From Guillardia theta CCMP2712 (lineage: Eukaryota > Protista > Cryptophyta): 51,238 nt of DNA. The stretch is from assembly GCF_000315625.1 (NCBI RefSeq), contig NW_005434563.1:48085-99322 (forward strand), read 5' to 3'. The notes beneath the pieces were generated by a model, which made no database searches, was not told the DNA's origin, and saw nothing but the letters and a program-made list of their open reading frames with translations. A program made the translations under genes and the position numbers. This document shows positions 47,701-51,238 of the stretch, piece after piece (the stretch's first letter is position 1; each line of letters opens with the position of its first letter).

Positions 47701-49573
47701 GAGCCGAAGCCTCTGAGCCCCAGAGCACAACTCCGAGGTCCTCGTTGAACGAGACGCTCATGGCCTGCCCGCGGGAGGCGATGGCGACGACGTTGGGGTC
47801 GAGCGTACAGCATGCGGTGATGCCGAACGATCCGTGGGCGCAAGAGAGGAACTTGTCAAGGGCAGTGAAGATGTCGTTCTCCAGGAAGTAGCATATTGAG
47901 TGCTGCGCTAGGAGCTCGCAGGTGCCGCAGCGATTGCGCAGCTCTCCCCCGATATCATACCAGGCCTTGGCCAGCACGGCAATCAGGTCTTTTACCTGCC
48001 TGCTGTCCTGGAGCACGGAAGAGGCAGGAACGCCTGTCACGTGCTGCTGGAAGATATTCTCAGCTATGGCAGTGATCTGATTCAGCAAGCTCTCCTCCAG
48101 GAGCATCTCCCCGTTGAGCGTGTGCTGGAAGGATGGCTGCACGCTCGTCTGGTACGCCAGCCGGATGGAGTGTTTCCATATCCCCTGCGTCCTCAGCAGC
48201 TCCATCATCCCTGCTACCTTGACGCTGTCACATGAAGCTATGGTCTTGTGCATATTCAACACGTTCTGCAGCCACCGCCCAAGGTCCTTCTGCGTCCGCA
48301 GGCTGTCAAACAGCTCCCAATAGTCAAAGTCCCCGTTGTGCGTCACGTACACCTCGTAGTTCTCGTCTGTCGCTTCCCACCCTTGACCCCCCACTCGCCA
48401 TACGCGAACGGTCTGCGGGCCGCTGAACCTGTGGGGGTGACTCTCGTTGAGTCGAGGAGCACTGGAGGTAGCAAAGCGCGTGTGCCCAAGGAACATCCTG
48501 CAGACCGCCTTCTTGTATTGGCTGCTCTTCATGATCCTGTTTCTGCAAAGATAGAAGCAGCAGAAGAAGGCGCGAAAGAGGGAGGCGAAGAAACCGTAGA
48601 TGGCGTTCACAACGAACCCAAGGCGGAAGCGAAACAGGAGGCCGCTCGCTAGATCTGCTCGCTTGCTCGGGACGTACCGAGTCCGATGCCCCGTCCCGTT
48701 GCTGAGTACCGTAACCAGTCCTCCGGCCTGCCCTCCACGAGCAGCGGTAGCCCCAGCCATGGCTCGGAGAGTCCGGGAGAAGTCAACAACACTCTTCTGT
48801 GCGGCCTCTATAATGAGCATCCCAAAGTTCCCGCAGTGAAAGCTGTCCCATCCCTTGACCCCAAGGTGCAGCCAGTCTGATGCGAGCGCCCCTGTTGCTA
48901 TCGCCATGGTTCCCGCAACGTTCAGAGTTCCCAGCAGCTCCCCGCTCTGGTATGAGACAGCAGCGACCGAGGCGAGGGAGCAGGACGCCAGCAACCCCGC
49001 CAGCTCGATCATCTTCCTCTTTTGCTCGCAGGGGCTTGCCTGTACCTTGACATGCGGCTCTTCTGCCTCCTTCGGCCATCTTGCAAACGGCGCAAGGCAA
49101 ACCAACCAGCTCGTCAAGGGCACGTGAAAGAGAGATCCTTGCCGGCTGCTGACCTTGCAGCCTAGCACCCATGCGGCGAGCACGTGGGCGCTCTCATGGA
49201 TCAACACAGACGCAACCATGACGCATCTGAGATAGAAGCCAACCAACATCGAGAGAAAGAACGTGTCGACAAGTTGATCCAAGCCATGACAGAGTGAGTA
49301 TGATATCATCATTACTATGGGGACCCAGCTCGGTAGCACTGCAACGACGCAAAGAAGGGGCATGGAAGGAGAGGATAGAGGAGAGAAGGAAGAGGAGCAA
49401 CAAAAAGACACAAATGTCAATATCTGCGAATCTGCATACAATGAGAATTCACCTGTTACTGTAGCGAGCAAGTGAAGCACTGCCATTCTTGCAACATGAA
49501 CTTTGCTCTCTTCTCCCACCATTTGTCCTTGCAGACACTCTGGCAGCTTGCTTGAAAACCACTCGCCAAGCAT
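44724..49573 (-). CDS. Membrane-associated GlmS-like fusion: HExxH (M50-like) TM region - class II glutamine amidotransferase - SIS - TM hairpin - SIS-like (start approximate)
   Basis: IHESAHVLAA in a hydrophobic N-terminus. GATase-II motifs CGNFG, RGGQAGG, GHTRFATSS, SHPH, THNGDF, CDS. SIS motifs TGAEASLWLG and SISHSGQTFPT. Hydrophobic hairpin YSWCLSAMYIFGTV...LLYSFLPLFFSMIL. Introns at 46292-46450 and 45447-45493. Confidence 0.85.
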
Positions 49574-51238
49574 TTTCCTGTGTCGACATATCATCAGAAC
49601 AAGAGCGTGTCTACAAGCAGGGATGCACAATGATGGAGAAACGATCCCTCAAGGGCAAGCTAAGGTGTGAAGGAATCATTAGAAGTATAGCGTAAGACAG
49701 TGGGTACAAACTACGCTCGAGGCGTTGAGCATTACGCGGGACTAAACAAACAACACAGCGAGAATGAAACTGGTGAAAGAAGAGTTCCCATAAGGAGAGC
49801 GAGGAGGGGAACGGGGAGGAGGATGAGACGGCAGCGGCGGCAGTAGCGGCGGCAGCAGTGGGAGTGAGAGCAGGACGACGGCAGGAGGTGTATGTTCGAT
49901 GGCAAGGTAGAGGAAACATGGGGGCGGATAGGGCAAGGAACTCCATTAAATTGGGGGTGGTGCCATTTTAAGGGGAGGGGGTCCCTGTTCGGGTGCTGTC
50001 CTTTGGTTTACAGGGGTGTAGGGGTACGATGCAGAAGTCAAAAGGGGGTAGTATGTATCACGGGTAGCCTGTCACGAGCTCATCGTAACACATCGTTGGT
50101 GATAGGTGTAGATAGTTGGGGGTGGAGGTATTTCACTGTGTAACAGGAGATCATATCGCTATGGTATTGAACTCGAATAGATGATTTTGACCACATACTA
50201 GGTTATGGTTGGAACATAGAAACATTTTCCAAGATTGCTCCAAAGGACGGGGTAGGGGTATTCAAAACAGGTGTCCATTATCAAGTGCCAGAATCAGCAA
50301 GGGTGTGAGAGTAAAGGGTGGGGTACTAGTACCCTATCATCCTTGCCGATCAACAAATTTCTATGAAAGAGGGGGGTACTGATGGTGCTACACCGGTACC
50401 ATGGTCAGTTGGTCCCTTGCAACTATCCATTTATACAATAAATATTAAATAACAACGTTTCGAATACACGGCCTCACGGATATCTAAATTTAGAAGAACT
50501 TTTCATCCACGGGTACGTAGACGGGGGCGGGGCTAATGTTTTCCTAGAATGGGGGGTTCTGGTCCTCATCGAGGTTGCAAAGTCGACCAGGGTGGTTATA
50601 CATAGAAAAACGTTCAAATGCAGCTAAGGAAATACTGAGACTTCTTCACGATGTCTGTAACAAGGAGGTGTACAAACATGTGTAGGTGGTAGGGGGTAGA
50701 CAAACTTGTAAATGTTTAAAAGTGTTTTACAATGCCCCATGGGGAATAATCGGTGGGTGCTACGAGCTTGTCAGAGGGGTACTTGATGGGGAGGGTAGTG
50801 TATCGGAAGATTTCCGCAGGCGATCGATTCAGCAGGTACAGCTGACACAACAGAAGTTGGCGGGAGGAACGCCAGCTAGGGGGCCCTGAAAGGGTAGGGA
50901 TGAAAGGGTCTGAATTTTCTATAAGGGTCTACCACATGATTATCAAGCCTTTGATATCAAGCCTTTGATAGAAGAAAAATGAGCGGACAATCATTCAACC
51001 GTCGTCAAACGGCTAGCCCCCCTACCAATGACTACCGTGTTATTAGTACCTACTCTATCCTCAAAGTTAAGTTAAAAATCCGATCATTCCACTCAAGGTT
51101 GTGGCAGCCCGACCCGGCACGCTGGTAGTCGCGCAAAAAACGGGCCCCGGCGGGGGACAGCCCGAGGTGAGCTTGCCTCAGAGACGAATAAGCCGCCAAA
51201 TGGTTGCCGGTCGGAGCAGCACGGCTTGCGCATCAGCT

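Noticed and set aside
44724-49630. Calling the gene glmS/GFAT, or taking the 1390-aa ORF as the protein
   Set aside because: The Cys is internal, TM segments are present and isomerase motifs are missing. The ORF also reads through an in-frame intron (46292-46450) and omits the last exon.
49900-51100. Possible transposon or LTR remnant
   Set aside because: No transposase/RT ORF, terminal repeats or target-site duplication identified; only G-run bias and a 14-bp duplication near 50940.

Overview
Eukaryotic nuclear genomic DNA. It is gene-dense, with many ~45-60 nt GT-AG introns, CTGAC/CTAAC branch points, longer microsatellite-filled introns and three N-gaps. The style suggests a cryptophyte alga (Guillardia/Hanusia-like); this is an inference. 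Most ORF-track entries are microsatellite artefacts, so genes were rebuilt by manual splicing. About 12 protein genes are present: PCID2/Thp1-like (3' part), a predicted myristoylated dual-specificity phosphatase, a SAM-TKL kinase-ARM protein, a gap-truncated unknown, a large PDZ-ARM-(3x novel repeat)-SH3 protein, an ankyrin protein, a small unknown ORF, a single-domain (EukCat/BacNav-type) voltage-gated channel with an N-terminal PH domain, TGDAWGS filter and EF-hand, LRRC51, an unknown protein, TSNAXIP1-like, and an intron-poor membrane protein fusing an HExxH M50-like region, an internal class-II glutamine amidotransferase and two SIS domains. The best novelty candidates are the M50-GATase-SIS fusion, the PH-fused channel and the unassigned ~110-aa repeat domain. 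Palindrome-rich GC islands recur in the intergenic DNA. No rRNA, tRNA, CRISPR array or intact transposon was recognised.
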